A stretch of 46,438 nt of DNA from Octopus sinensis (GCF_006345805.1 NW_021834590.1:1-46438), one strand, 5' to 3'; shown: positions 23,608-38,182, numbered from the stretch's first letter. The notes: generated by a model not told the origin, from the sequence alone. Program-made: numbers and translations.

Positions 23608-23722
23608 GTCAATAAAGTTTATTTCTTTGGCAAAAGCTACAATACAATACCCCCCAACGAAAAGTTTTGCTTCAAAACTAACAAGAAATTTTCACAAATA
23701 AGAGACTTGGAAAGTTCAAAAC

Positions 23723-24080
23723 TATTTCTTATTTCTTTACTGCCCACAAGGGGCTACACGCAGAGGGGACAAACAAGGACCGACAAACGGATTAAGTCGA
23801 TTATATCGATCCAGTGCGTAACAGGTACTTATTTAATCGACCCCGAAAGGATGAAAGGTAAAGTCAACCTCGGCGGAATTTGAGCTTAGAACATAACGGC
23901 AGACGAAATACCTATTTCTCTACTACCCACAAGGGGCTAAACACAGAGAGGACAAACAAGGACAGACAAACGGATTAGGTCGATTACATCGACCCCAGTG
24001 CGTAACTGGTACTTAATTTATCGACGAAATACCGCAAAGCATTTCGCCCGGCGTGCTAACGTTTCTGCCAGCACGCCGCC
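23723..24080 (-). mobile_element. SINE family A, full unit plus second 5'-truncated unit
   Basis: Junction GAAATA|GGTATTTCGTCTG near 23912 on minus strand. Confidence 0.9.
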
Positions 24081-24159
24081 TTAAAAAAAGTTCAAATCTT
24101 GTCTCTACCAAACTATGAATGAAATGAAAATTACATTAACACCTTTCAAAACGCACTAG

Positions 24160-24500
24160 ACGAATACGGCAGGTCCAGGTGGACCTGCCAGGCTGTCTGG
24201 TGCCGAGTCGGTTCGGCTGACTTCAGCAATCGCCCCATTCTCCTCGGGTTCCCGCCATTTTCCCCCACGTTGCTTCAAACATTTTTCTGAAATCATCTTC
24301 CCACCTAATTGGAGATCTCCGAGTGTTCTCTTTTCCAAATGGAAAGAGTCGAATACGGTTCTGTTGTACAAGAAGGGCTATAATGAAGATCTTAAGAAGT
24401 ATCGTCCTCATTTGCACCTTGTCTCATATTTACAAGCAGTTCTCGACGATAATCACCGAGCAAACTGTTTCAACAATGAATATGTTCTACTCTTCATTCA
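24160..24500 (+). mobile_element. RTE-clade LINE reverse transcriptase fragment
   Basis: SKWKESNTVLLYKKGYNEDLKKYRP matches the non-LTR RT WK..V..L.KKG...D..NYRP motif; remainder frameshifted. Confidence 0.75.
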
Positions 24501-24604
24501 TTCAAGCGTTATATACATGCTACATGAAAAGGCAAAGTATATGTAGAATCTAGCTAGAATCATTTATAACAGGTTGTTATTAAATAATTATTTCAAAGTT
24601 TTGT

Positions 24605-24795
24605 CACAGGGGTAGTTTGGGGGAGGTGGGAATTACATCCATCCCAGTGTTCTAATGGTCCTTATTTTATCAACCTCGAAAGAATGAAAGGCAAAGTCGA
24701 CCGCGGCAGAATTTGAGCTCAGAACGTAACGACGGGAGAAATGCTGCTAATCATTTCGTCCAGCGATGCTAACGATTCTGTCATCTCGCCACCTT
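24605..24795 (-). mobile_element. SINE family A, old copy
   Basis: GAAAGAATGAAAGGCAAAGTCGACCGCGGCAGAATTTGAGCTCAGAACG. Confidence 0.75.
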
Positions 24796-24909
24796 CCGAG
24801 GTTATTATTAATAAATAATAGAAAAAAAATACTTAAACAATCCGTAGGCGTAGGAGTAGCTGTGTGGTAAGTAGCTTGTTTACCTTACTACAGAAGAGTT
24901 CGTGCTGCC

Positions 24910-24924
24910 CCGGAAGTGACGTCA
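24910..24924 (+). promoter_or_regulatory. Overlapping ETS-CRE composite motif CCGGAAGTGACGTCA
   Basis: Exact 15-mer; donor-like CAG|GTAAG at 24963/24964; function inferred only. Confidence 0.35.
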
Positions 24925-25764
24925 TTCGACGTGAAAATTCGAACATTTGAAGTACGACCACAGGTAAGGCATTTGTTTTTTTTTTGGGGGGGGGGAGGAC
25001 ATAGTGAGGTCTGTTGTCCGTATGGGTAAAGTTTTTTTTCGAATAAGGGTCTCCACTGAGTTCCAGACATGTCTTTGCCAGTGTAATTGCAAAATCAAAT
25101 AGTTATAAACGCACAACTGCTATGGAAATCTATGAATTCAAGATTTTCAGAACTTCCACACTTGAATTTAAATGTAGTGGAATAGTGTCTGTGATCATCT
25201 CGTACTTAAAAGATAAAAATGTTTGGCACAAAAAAAAGTCTACAATACAAATTTAAGAACAAGCGCATATTGAACACGAAGCAAAATTCAACATAAGCGT
25301 ACATGTGTGTATTAAAAGTTGTGAAATAGTAGAATCGCATTTGATCTCTGTTTTGAACTCAAGATCCAATCATGGACAACTATATTTTTTATTCTTTCAG
25401 GGTTGACAAAGGAGTGCGGTTTCATGAACTGTGGATTGATACAATAAAAAGATGATATGTTATAGTACCAGTTACGCACTGGGGTCGATATAATCGACTT
25501 AATCCGTTTGTCTGTCCTTGTTTGTCCTCTCTGTGTTTAGCCCCTTGTGGGTAGTAAAGAAATAGATATGTTATTGCATCACAATTTAATTACATAGTAA
25601 CAAGGAAACAGAAAAAGAAAGGCTGGGGTTAAGCAGCAGAAGGTAGAGAGACAGGGGGCAATGGGGCATTGAGGTATTTGGTCCGGCTCTTAATGTTCTG
25701 ACCACAAGATTACCCTGTAGTCAGCTTTGCCTTTTTATTCTTCTAAGGTTGATGAAATAATCTG

Positions 25765-26032
25765 TCCTACACTAAGCACAAGGCCCGAAATTTCTGGGGA
25801 GGGGGCCAGTCGATTAGATCAACCCCAGTACGCAACTAGTAATTAATTTATCTACCCGAAAGTATGAAAGGCAAAGTCAACCTCGGCAGAATTTGAACTC
25901 AGTACGTTTGAACTCAGAATTTGAACTCAGAATTTGAACTCAGGGGGATTTGAACTCAGTACGTAAAGACAGACGAACTACTACTGCTACGCATTTCGCC
26001 CGGCGTGCTGACGTTTCTGCCAGCTCACCGCC
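25765..26032 (-). mobile_element. SINE family A (alternative tail) with five-fold amplified B-box segment
   Basis: TTTGAACTCAG at 25892, 25907, 25920, 25933, 25949. Confidence 0.85.
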
Positions 26033-26647
26033 TTAAGGTTGATGTGTCAGTTCAGAGGCAATGGGATGGTGGAATTACGGAGTGTTGAACAAAATACCAT
26101 ATGCTATTTGTTCCGGCTCTTTACGTTCTGATCTCATGATTCCGCTGTGGTCAGCTTTGGCTGTCATTGTCCTGAGGTTAATAAAAGAGAATGTCAGTTC
26201 AAGAGTTGCGGATTCAAAGAATATTCAAGCATTTGAAAAAAATGCTTTGAGATATTTGTTCCGGCTTTTTCCTTTCTGAGTCGCATGCAGCGAGGCTAGT
26301 ATCACGCTGTACTGGCTCCTGCCTTTATAATAAATAAACAACAGCGTTGGCGTGGAGAGGGATTCTTTACTACAATGACGACCTCTGGTTCTACATCGTG
26401 AAAACGGATTACCAAGGCGTATAACCTGGAAAAACGTATCAGATGTAGATGTCGATATATGGTTAACGTCAACTGAATGAGGCCTTAGAGATAGAGGCGA
26501 CGGATAGTGAGAAACAAACAGACAAAAAATAGGAGACAGATAAGGCAAAAGAGAAAGAGAGTGTGAGAGAGAGAAACTAAGAAAAAGAAAGCGGGAGAGA
26601 GAGAAAGGAATTGAGATAAAAGAGAGACGGAGAGTGATAGAGATAGT

Positions 26648-26679
<32 letters not shown>

Positions 26680-26684
26680 GAGAA

Positions 26685-26715
<31 letters not shown>

Positions 26716-26776
26716 AGTGTGTTTTAAATGACTGCTACAACGCGATGCAGTAACAGAACTAATAAATAAATATATA

Positions 26777-27169
26777 CTCTTTTACTCTTTTACTCGTTTC
26801 AGTCATTTGACTGTGGCCATGCTGGAGCACTGCCTTTAGTCGAGCAAATCGACCCTAGGACTTATTTTTTGTAAGCCTCGTACTTATTCTATCGGTCTCT
26901 TTTGCCGAACCGCTAGGTTTCGGGGACGCAAACATACCAGCATCGGTTGTGAAGCGATGCTGGAGAACAAACACAGACACACACATATACATATACACAT
27001 ATATACGACAGGCTTCTTTCAGTTTCCGTCTACCAAATCCACTCACAAGTCTTTGGTCGGCTCGAGGCTATAGTAGAAGACACTTGCCTAAGGTGCCACG
27101 CATTGGGACTGAACCCGGAACCATGTGGCTGGTAAGCAAGCTGCTTACCACACAGCCACTCCTACGCCT
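26777..27169 (-). mobile_element. SINE family C, full length
   Basis: Reverse complement of AGGCGCAGGAGTGGCTGTGTGGTAAG..(microsatellite)..GTAAAAGAGTAAAAGAG family. Confidence 0.9.
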
Positions 27170-27286
27170 ATGTATGAATATTTTGGAGTCCTCGAACCCT
27201 TGTTTTGGTTTATATCAAGACACGGATTATCGCAGGAATCATTCTCAGTTAACTTGATGGCTTTTTTCCTATATCTAGCTATATAT

Positions 27287-27458
27287 AGGCGCAGGAGTGG
27301 CTGTGTGGTAAGTAGCTTGCTTACCAACCACATGGTTCCGGGTTCAGTCCCACTGCGTGGCATCTTGGGCAAGTGTCTTCTGCTATAGCCCCGGGCCGAC
27401 CAATGCCTTGTGAGTGGACTTGGTAGACGGAAACTGAATGAAGCCTGTCGTATATATG

Positions 27459-27501
<43 letters not shown>

Positions 27502-27712
27502 TTGTGTGTCTGTGTTTGTCCCCCTAGCATTGCTTGACAACCGATGCTGGTGTGTTTACGTCCCCGTCACTTAGTGGTTCGGCAAAAGCGACCGATAGAA
27601 TACGTACTGGGCTTACAAAGAATAAGTCCCGGGGTCGATTTGCTCGTCAAAAGGCGGTGCTCCAGCATGGCCGCAGTCAGATGCCTGAAACAAGTAAAAG
27701 AGTAAAAGAGTA
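27287..27712 (+). mobile_element. SINE family C, full length
   Basis: tRNA-like head, CORE-like TTGGGCAAGTGTCTT, central (TA)(TG) tract, (GTAAAAGA)n tail. Confidence 0.9.
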
Positions 27713-27804
27713 TTAAGACAGATATGAAGAATTTTTAAAATGAATGATCTAACAAGAAGAAACGAAGGGGATTCATTGTGGTTTAGTCGCTTCGAATATT
27801 ATCT

Positions 27805-28033
27805 CTTTACTCGTTTTACTCACTTTTACTCTTTTACTTGTTTCAGTCATCTGATTACGGCCATGCTGGAGCACCATCTTTAGTCGAACAAATCGACCCC
27901 AGGACTTATTCTTTGTAAGCCTAGTTAGTACTTATTCTATCGGTCTATTTTGCCGAACCGCTAATTTACGGGGACGTAAACACACCAGCATCGGTTGTCA
28001 AGCAATGCTAGGGGGACAGACACACACGCACAC

Positions 28034-28064
<31 letters not shown>

Positions 28065-28318
28065 CGACAGTGACGGGAACGTAAACACACCAGCATCGGT
28101 TGTCAAGCGATGTTGGGGAGGCAAACAGAAACACAAAAACATATACACATACATATATACGACGGGTTTCTTTCAGTTCCCGCCTACCAAATCCACTCAT
28201 AAGTCTTTGGTCGGCCCGAAGCTATAGTAGAAGATACTTGCCTAAAATGCCATGCAGTGGGACTGAACCCGGAACCATGTGGTTGGTAAGCAAGCTATTT
28301 ACTACACAGCCACTCCTA
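27805..28318 (-). mobile_element. SINE family C with internal duplication
   Basis: CGTAAACACACCAGCATCGGTTGTCAAGC present twice (27976, 28080). Confidence 0.85.
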
Positions 28319-28341
28319 CTCCTATAACTATTAAATTTCAA

Positions 28342-28572
28342 GGCGGCGAGCTGGCAGAAACGTTAGCAGGCCGGGCGAAATGCGTAGCCGTATTTCGTCT
28401 GTTGTTACGTCGTGAGTTCAAATTCCGCCGAGGTCGACTTTGCCTTTCATCCTTTCGGGGTCGATAAATTAAGTACCAGTTACGCACTGGGGTCGATGTA
28501 ATCGACTTAATCCGTTTGTCTGTCCTTGTTTGTCCCCTCTGTGTTTAGCCCCTTGTGGGTAATAAAGAAATA
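28342..28572 (+). mobile_element. SINE family A with 14-bp TSD
   Basis: TATAACTATTAAAT at 28323-28336 and 28573-28586. Confidence 0.95.
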
Positions 28573-28722
28573 TATAACTATTAAATCTTCATTAATCCAC
28601 CCCAGTTTGTCTTAAGAAAGTGAGATTATATAATATAGTCTGAGATTCGCGATTTATAGAAGAAAAATAATTAAAAGGACGGGATTAGGTCGATTACAAT
28701 CACTTTGATCATAAATTTAGAT

Positions 28723-29058
28723 AAACTTAGATATGTTTCGACCAAAGATTGGTCCAGGCCATGTCTAACTTAATAGCACCACCTGATAGGATTATTCGAA
28801 TCCTGTTTAAGTCAAGTTTTGTTCAAGTAGTGAGTTCTTGTTGGGTGAGTTGTATCCAGTTTTGTTCAAGTAGTGAGTTCTTGTTGGGTGAGTTGTATCC
28901 AGTTTTGTTCAAGTAGTGAGTTCTTGTTGGGTGAGTTGTATCCAGTTTTGTTCAAGTAGTGAGTTCTTGTTGGGTGAGTTGTATCCAGTTTTGTTCAAGT
29001 AGTGAGTTCTTGTTGGGTGAGTTGTATCCAGTTTTGTTCAAGTAGTGAGTTCTTGTTG
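28723..29058 (-). mobile_element. CR1-group LINE 3' end with 43-bp tandem amplification
   Basis: 28723-28820 nearly identical to 2531-2628; 43-bp unit starts at 28815, 28858, 28901, 28944, 28987, 29030 (partial). Confidence 0.8.
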
Positions 29059-29692
29059 ATAGAACTATTTGATCAGAGTTAACTTTGAGCTAAACAGCAG
29101 TGTCAAAGAATATGCTCTCAGCAGATGTGAACATGCAGCTTGTGCCTTGTTTTGTCTTTTGGGCCGTTGTGATAGACGGCATGTATCGGGAATATAAAAA
29201 TTTGATGGAGCCAGCTCCACTGCAAATCTGGACGAACCTTATTTTATCCTTACCGTTTCCTTTCATACTCACCCTTACTTCCATTCCTTCCTCCTTTTTC
29301 CCTCCTTCCCATTCCTCCTTTCTGAACAATGGAGAGAGATAGAGATAGAGTGAGAGAGGGAGAGAGAGAGAGAGTGTGTGTGTGTGTATGAATTATCGAA
29401 TCACTTAGATATTGACAATATGTAGCGGTTTTTCATTGAATAATCAGAGGTTGAAGGAGAGGGCGAGAGGTAATCGTTAACTTTTCAGGTCCTTGTTTCA
29501 ATGTCTTCAGAAAAAGAGAAATGGCTGCAAGCAAAATTTCATAGGTTACGCTTCTGTCGAAATATAAGCGGATGAGGTGTTTAATACAGGGTTTTATTCT
29601 CCTGTTGTTCGTATTGATGATAAACCTGTTTAGCTCCGAGTTGGCCTCTGATACAAAGAATAAAAAAAAATACAGTCCTAATGCCACGTTTA

Positions 29693-30006
29693 GAGGCGCA
29701 ATGGCCCAGTGGTTATGGCAGCGGACTCGCGGTCGGAGGATCGTGGTTTCGATTCCCAGACCGTGCGTTGTGTGTGTTTATTGAGCGAAAACACCTAAAG
29801 CTCCACGAAGCTCCGGCAGGGGATGGTGGTGACCCCTGTTGTGCTCTTTCGCCACAACTTTCTCTCACTCTTTCTTCCTGTTTCTTGGGTAACGCTGCGA
29901 TGGACTGGCGTCCCGTCCAGCTGCGGGGAGCACATACGCCACAGAAACCGGGAAACCGGACCCATGAGCCTGGCTAGGCTTGAAAAGGGTGCATGAATAA
30001 AAAAAA
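29693..30006 (+). mobile_element. SINE family B, tail type 1, A-tail, 13-bp TSD
   Basis: AATGCCACGTTTA at 29680-29692 and 30007-30019. Confidence 0.95.
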
Positions 30007-30678
30007 AATGCCACGTTTATAAATTTAAGTTGCTTTCCAACTTTTTTACACTTGTCCAGCATCAGGGAAAATAAAGAATTAGATACAAAGAAAATCTGTT
30101 TTGTCTACTTGTTTCTAAATGGCTGGGGTAGCAAAAATGTTAAGTAACATTTTTGTGAAAGTGGGTTACCTTATATTCGTCATTTCGATAACCAACGACC
30201 AAGAGCTAGCGCATGGCCATTTAGGACGCACCTATACGAATTATGCAAGCGCGTAATTATTTGGGCATATAATTACTGGAGTGGCATCAATCCTTCACTA
30301 ACTCACAAAGGCCTTATATTGGTAGTATCTCCAATCTAACGACTACTGTAGCAATGTCTTATGATCTTTGATAAAACCAAAAAATTGTCATTCTGCTGCC
30401 AACAACTATACATCCTCTTGCTCTCAGATCCCTAATTCGTAAACCTATACTATAACCCTAAACAATGGACCCTTTCTAATTGCTCCTCAGATGGTCCATT
30501 TGATCCCATAATTCGTGGCATGAAGAGTAGTTTCATCTTGATGTAGCTCAGGCGCTATCAGTTATGCTACTAAAGAATTGCCAAGTATCTTAAGTAGGGA
30601 TCGGCAATATTTTCTCTATCAGCAATCGCTCATTTTCAGCTTATTTTAATATTTCATCAAGATTTCCATATATATAAT

Positions 30679-31092
30679 AGGCGCAGGAGTGGCTGTGTGG
30701 TAAGTAGCTTGCTAACCAACCACATGGTTCCGGGTTCAGTCCCACTGCGTGGCATCTTGGGCAAGTGTCTTCTGCTATAGCCCCGGACCGACCAATGCCT
30801 TGTGAGTGGATTTGGTAGACAGAAACTGAAAGAAGCCTGTCGTATATATGTATATATATATATATATACGTGTGTGTTTGTGTGTCTGTGTTTGTCCCCA
30901 TAGCATTGTTTGACAACCGATGCTGGTGTGTTTACGTCCTCGTCACTTAGCGGTTCGGCAAAAGAGACCGATAGAATAAGTACTGGGCTTACAAAGAATA
31001 AGTCCCGGGGTCGATTTGCTCGACTAAAGGCGGTGCTCCAGCATGGCCGCAGTCAAATGACTGAAACAAGTAAAAGAGATAAAAGAGAAAGA
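30679..31092 (+). mobile_element. SINE family C, full length
   Basis: Colinear with 27287-27712 and 41869-42292. Confidence 0.9.
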
Positions 31093-31364
31093 GATATCAT
31101 ATGCTATATATTAAAATATTTCTTTATATCCATCCTCTAATTTCCATATAGAAAATGCATAGTATTTTCTATATGTTTTTCTCCTTTCAGTCATTAGACT
31201 GCAGCCAGGCTGGAGCAATGTCCTAAGAAATTTAGTGTAGCAAATGGCCGTCAGTATTTATTGTTGAAGTCTGGGTCTTGTTCCGTTGGTTTATTTAGAC
31301 GAACCGTTAAGTTACGGGGGCGTTAACAAGCAAATATTAGTTGTTAAGTTTTGGAGTAAGAAGC

Positions 31365-32320
31365 ACACACACACAAACGCAGAAACAAAGACAGACACTC
31401 ACACACACGCACACACAAACATACACACGCACAAACACAGACACGAAGACAGACACTCACACACACACGCACACACACACACACACAAACACAAAAACAA
31501 AGACAAACACTCACACACACGCACACTCACACATACACACGCACAAACACAGACACGAAGACAGACACTCACACACACACGCACACACACACACACACAA
31601 ACACAAAAACAAAGACAAACACTCACACACACGCACACTCACACATACACACACACAAACACAGACACGAAGACAAACACTCACATACACACAGGCACAC
31701 ACACACACACAAACACAGACACGAAGACAAACACTCACACACACGCACGCAGACACACACACACAAACACAGAAACAAAGACAAACACTCACACACACAC
31801 ACGTACACACACACACACACAAACACAGTCACGAAGACAAACACTCACATACACACACGCACACAGACACAAACACAGACACTAAGACAAACACTCACAT
31901 ACACCCACGCACACACACAGACACGAAGACAAACACTCACATACACACGCACACACACACACACAAACACAGTCACGAAGACAGACACTCAAACACACAC
32001 ACGCACACATATACACAAACAAACACGAAGACAAACACTCACACACACAAACACAGACACGGAGACAAAAACTCACACACACATGCACACACACTCACAA
32101 GCGCAGACATAACGTCAAACGCTCACACACACACGCAGGCACACATACACAATCACAGACACGAAAACAAACATTCACACAGACACACACAACACAGACA
32201 CGAAGACAAACACTCTCACACACACATACACATAAATTCGCGCCAGCGCGCAAACACACACATTCATACAAAATCGCATAGAAACATGAACACGCACACA
32301 CACACTCACAAAAACATATA
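31365..32320. repeat. Cryptic CA-rich minisatellite built from ACACAGACACGAAGACAAACACTCAC(AC)n modules
   Basis: Seen directly; explains the 199-aa and 326-aa HT/TQ-rich ORFs. Confidence 0.85.
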
Positions 32321-32397
32321 GACGATGGACTTACACATTGTTTCCTCCTACGAATTCATTCTCCAGGCATTGGTCGGCTCGGGGCTATAATTGAATA

Positions 32398-32789
32398 TTA
32401 CGGGAAGCACTCCGTCGGTTACGACGATGAGGGTTCCAGTTGATCCGAATCAACGGAACAGCCTGCTCGTGAAATTAACGTGTAAGTGGCTGAGCACTCC
32501 ACAGACACGTGCACCCTTAACGTAGTTCTCGGGGATATTCAGCGTGACACAGAGAGTGACAAGGCCAGCCCCTTGAAATACAGGTACAACAGAAACAGGA
32601 AGTAAGAGTGAGAGAAAGTTGTGGTGAAAGAGTACAGCAGGGATCACCACCATCCCCTGCCGGAGCCACGTGAAGCTTTTAGGTGTTTTCGCTCAATAAA
32701 CACTCACAACGCCCGGTCTGGGAATCGAAACCGCGATCCTATGACCGCGAGTCCGCTGCCCTAACCACTGGGCCATTGCGCCTCCACAG
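32398..32789 (-). mobile_element. SINE family B, tail type 2, inserted in an old family C fragment
   Basis: TSD TTGAATA at 32391-32397 and 32790-32796; family C-like sequence on both sides. Confidence 0.9.
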
Positions 32790-33239
32790 TTGAATACACA
32801 TGCCAAAGGGTACACTCACTGGAACTGGATCCAAAACCAAGTGGTTACAAAGCAACCACTTTAATGACATAGCCATAACAAAAAAAAATGACCCACAAAT
32901 GATTTAACTTTAAAAAACGTTTACAAAATGACCCTCACAAAGGTCCAGTGGTCCACTCACAGACGGCAGACCACTTGTTGCTGATCTACGATATAAAGTA
33001 TAACAGAACGTAACCATCTTTGTTTTGCTTTCCAGTGTGTTAATGTGTCTTTCCAGTATGTTAACGTTAATGTCTTCATCTCCTAAGACATCAAACTATT
33101 TAATTTGAATTAAAAAGAGACTTAGCACATATATTCCCAGCGGATCAAGTGACCCCCACTGAAACGTACTCGATGACCCGTGCAGATGTGTGTATGTGTG
33201 TAAGTTTGTATTGAATATCGTGTGGATATGAGGAAGTGG

Positions 33240-33420
33240 ATATAAACACACACACAGACACAGACACACAGACACACACAGACACACACACGCACATATA
33301 TATGAGAATATATACGCGTGCATTCAAGTATGCACGCAAGTACGGGGTTGGATATGTATGTGCATGTTTGTGTTCCTATGTATACGTGTGTCTGTGTATA
33401 TATATATAAATAATATATAT

Positions 33421-33468
<48 letters not shown>

Positions 33469-33556
33469 CATATATATATTTATATATATATAAATATATA
33501 TATATGTGTATATATATATATACATATATATGTATATATGTATATATGTATGTATA

Positions 33557-33609
<53 letters not shown>

Positions 33610-34321
33610 AACACACAATCACACATATATACATAAACACACATTTATATAAAAATACGCTCAATTATCTATATATATATTTACATATATACACACACAT
33701 ATATATTTACATATATACACACTATATATATTTACATATATACACACACATATATATATAGAAATACATTCACTTGTTGCACGGAATTCTTCTTATCTTT
33801 TTTTTTCGTTTTCTGTCAAGTCCCGACAATTATTTCATCCTGTGAGAGTTTAATAAGTACAGAAGGTACTTCCGTTACGACGGAAGAGCAAATTACTCAT
33901 TAAGCAAACGAACAGATGCTGGCAAAAATCGAACGGACGACAGCGATTGATCTCAAGATATAAGTGCAATAGCGTTCCCCGATACCAACGGGAGGCAATC
34001 AAGTATACACATACGTACGTGCATACATACATACATACATACATACATACACACATATACATACATACATACATACATACATACATACATACATACATAC
34101 ATACACACATATAAATACATACATACATACATACATACATACATACATACATACAAGCATACAAACATACATACATACATACATACATACACACATATAC
34201 ATAGATACATACATACAAGCATACATACATACATACATACATACATACATACATACATACATACATACATACATACACACATACATATATACATGCATAC
34301 ACACACAGATACGGACATTCG

Positions 34322-34354
<33 letters not shown>

Positions 34355-35800
34355 CAATCTCTTTCTCTCTCCATCTCCCCCTCTCACTCTTATTCTCTAT
34401 ATTATATATATATGTATACATTATATACATCTACACACATATGTACATTGTATATAGTTGGTATATACTATTAACAAAGTATGCGTACATATATGTAGGT
34501 ATGTATGTGGGTATGTATGTGGGTATCTGTGCGTATAGATATGTCTATTCATATATACGCACATGTCTATATGTATGTATGTATTTTTGTATGTATGTAT
34601 GTATGTATGTATGTATGTATGTATGTATGTATGTATGTATGTATGTATGCATGTATATCTATATTATGTGTGTATGTACATGCGTATGCTTATGTACGTA
34701 TGTATAAATAAGTGTCTGTATGTGTATGTATATCTATGTATGTATGTATGTATTATGTATGTATGTATTATGTATGTATGTATGTATGTATGCATGTATA
34801 TCTATATTATGTGTGTATGTACATGCGTATGCTTATGTACGTATGTATAAATAAGTGTCTGTATGTGTATGTATATCTATGTATGTATGTATGTATTATG
34901 TATGTATGTATTATGTATGTATGTATATATGTGTGTATGTATGTATGTATGCATGTATCTCTCTCTATATATATATATACACATGCATACAAAGATATAT
35001 GTAGCCCAGTGTTAGCTTCTCTTTTATCGATGTTTCAATAGATTCAATAAAAGGCAATTACCCGTAGGCCAGTTTTCTTTTAAACACGCACGAACAATCA
35101 CAAATATTAACACACTTACATCTATGTATATATATGTATATATATGTAAGTACGTATGAATAATTATACCCGTTTGTATGTATGCATGAATAATGTATGC
35201 ATGTATGTATGCATGTATGTGCGTGTGTATGTTTGTAAGCACGCAATATGTGTATGCCTGGATGTAAATATATTTATATATATATATATGTGTGTGTGTG
35301 TGTATCAGTGTTTGTGTTTGTATTTGGAGTTGTAATATCCAAGACTTCGATCAAAGTCGTACATAAATGTTTAACACTGTCTGCTTCATATCAAAGTAAC
35401 AATGATTGTCGGAGTGTGTTTCATAAAATATGCATACATTTATACACAGGTATGCCTGCATATATATATATATATATATAAATATACATATATACATATA
35501 TGTACATATATACACATATATATACATACAAGTATATATATATATATATATACATATGTATATATATATATACATATATATACATATACATATATGTATA
35601 TATATACATATATATTAATATGCGTATGTATGTATATATATATATATACATATACGTATCCATTTACACACAAGTAAATGCAAACAACCATCAGAAACAA
35701 AAACATGTAAACGCACACGCACACACGCACACGTACACACTCAAGCACACATACAGACACACTCAGGTACACGCACACTCACACACACAAATACACAGAG
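33240..35800. repeat. Compound microsatellite field, including a 143-bp tandem duplication (34649, 34792)
   Basis: Seen directly. Confidence 0.9.
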
Positions 35801-36196
35801 GGCTAATCCGTACAATTCTACGTAAACGTATTAAGACCAACTCGATTCTTTTGAAATTATAAAGAAACAAGATGGCTGTTTTCTGAACATTTTCAGTTGA
35901 GGCCTGGGGGACCAAAGCGGTCAGGTTCTTGGTATGAAATTGTTAGACAGACATCAAAGTCTACCCTAATAATTCAAGTACCTTTTAAAGGGGTTTTCTT
36001 ATTCATTTTATTACACACCAATATGATTAATAATACAACACAACAAACAATTTTCGTAATGTTTTCGCATTCTTCAACAAGAATACATAATTTGGTTCTA
36101 TTCTTTCCATTTCATTCGTACATACATTCATATATATATATATCCTCCGGCTGCACCTTTCCTACCTACGGATCACTGTGGACTCTACTCTCTCTC

Positions 36197-36249
<53 letters not shown>

Positions 36250-36293
36250 TTATTATCTCTCCTTGTTTCTTTTCTGTGTTTCTTTTCTGTGTA

Positions 36294-36331
36294 TCTTTCT
36301 GTTGAAGAGCGTAGGCTCGAAACGTAAAAGA
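36294..36331 (+). ncRNA. Minimal HHR-like motif (A6U core variant) in TA-flanked element ~36255-36432
   Basis: TCTTT-CTGTTGA-A-GAG(cgtagg)CTC-GAAA-CGTA^-AAAGA. Confidence 0.55.
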
Positions 36332-36428
36332 CTTGTTTTATTTATATTCCTGAGCGCCATACTAATACAATTGTTTGTTTGTATTCCACTTGCCTTCGTC
36401 TTTTGTTTATTTTCATAAAGCTTCCCGT

Positions 36429-36477
<49 letters not shown>

Positions 36478-36498
36478 CATCCATTTCAAGTCTCTGTT

Positions 36499-36533
<35 letters not shown>

Positions 36534-36571
36534 CTGTAGCAATCTATCCATCTATCTATCAATCATCTCTT

Positions 36572-36898
<327 letters not shown>

Positions 36899-37304
36899 GT
36901 ATCTTTCTGTCTGTCTGTCTGTATATCTATGCGTATGTATGTACGTATGAACATTTATTCATGTATAATGAAAGATGAACGGATCAAATTAAATAGAGTA
37001 AGGCAAATCAACAACAAATCATACTGCCTGTTTGGCTGGAAAGAAAACTCGAAAACCTCAGACAGATAAACCATACAGATTTAGCGGGCAAGGTTAAGCT
37101 AAAAGGATATTTCACTGTTATCGGGTATTTCGTAAATAAAAAATATATATATAAAGAATTATATATGAAGTTAATGTGACATAATTATAGTAATAGTGAT
37201 GTAATGGATGAATAATTGGGGTATTACTATTCGTATTTCGGTAGTCGAAATTTATTAATATTAACGTATCACGTCATACATCTTGGCGTCATACATCTTC
37301 GCCT

Positions 37305-38182
<878 letters not shown>

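Noticed and set aside
35897-36418. 173-aa ORF
   Set aside because: Runs through microsatellites and a TA-flanked repeat; no recognisable domain
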